From contig JASGHJ010000001.1 of NCBI GenBank assembly GCA_047602405.1, forward strand, positions 800,001 to 864,000: DNA of 64,000 nucleotides, given 5' to 3'. This stretch comes from Anaeromyxobacteraceae bacterium. GTDB taxonomy: Bacteria > Myxococcota > Myxococcia > Myxococcales > Anaeromyxobacteraceae. The translations under genes and the position numbers were made by a program. Under the pieces are notes generated by a model. The model saw only the letters and a program-made list of their open reading frames with translations, was not told the origin of the DNA and made no database searches. Positions 63,635 through 64,000 of the stretch are shown here, in pieces (positions within the stretch are counted from its first letter, which is position 1; each line of letters begins with the position of its first letter).

Positions 63635-64000
63635 TTGAAGAACGACAGCCTCCCCACCCGCGCCTCCAGCCTCGCCTGGGCGCTCCTCCACGCACCGGTG
63701 GTCTTCGCGCTCTACCTGCCGCAGGTGCTCGCGGCCGTGCGCGCGGCGCCGGGCCCGTACCAGGTCGCCCTCTGGCCCACCTTCGCGGTCCAGGCGCTGA
63801 TCGTCGCCGGGGTGCCGTGGCTCGCCGCGCTGCCGCTCTCGCCGTGGCCGCGCGTCCACCGCGTCGCCGCGCCCGTCGCCACCGCGCTCGGCCTCTCGCT
63901 CGCGGTCCTCGACAGCCAGGTGCAGCGCACGGTCGGGTTCCACCTGAACGGCTTCATCCTCACGGTCCTCGGCCAGCCCACCGGGCTCTCCGAGGTCGGC
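63635..64000 (+). CDS. Partial membrane protein, YejM/PbgA (DUF3413)-sulfatase-like N-terminus
   Basis: Frame from TTG 63635 is open to the window end; TM segments followed by LDSQV...GFHLNGF. Confidence 0.55.
   Translation, partial: MKNDSLPTRASSLAWALLHAPVVFALYLPQVLAAVRAAPGPYQVALWPTFAVQALIVAGVPWLAALPLSPWPRVHRVAAPVATALGLSLAVLDSQVQRTVGFHLNGFILTVLGQPTGLSEVG

Overview
A very GC-rich, gene-dense bacterial chromosomal window. Gene content (many complex two-component systems, a myxobacterial PilZ-REC protein, Cys-rich surface lipoproteins, sigma54 promoters) suggests Myxococcota, probably Anaeromyxobacter-like; this is an inference. About 55 CDSs are supported. They include a signalling operon (1-6.1 kb), hpf-like and AlaX genes, a LysR/GST/PNPOx module, an SF1 helicase, a Phd-PIN toxin-antitoxin pair, an MCP with two Cys-rich PAS repeats, an ercA/ercS-like pair, a stand-alone PurL C-terminal domain, a surface-lipoprotein cluster, glnB-ntrB-ntrC-glnA with three sigma54 promoters, and mprF-acvB. 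The strongest candidate for an undescribed system is the TetR-controlled cluster at 50.7-59.6 kb: SDR, a KAS III-like enzyme lacking the canonical His/Asn, an acyl-CoA ligase, a carboxylate-type MFS, a lipoprotein, an outer-membrane barrel and an esterase lipoprotein. A modular REP-like palindrome family occurs in at least 7 copies, two of them translated inside proteins and one nested in another. Many genes appear to be leaderless. Several single-base frameshifts (six in glnA alone) are most likely sequencing or assembly errors. No rRNA, tRNA, CRISPR array, integrase or transposase was recognised.
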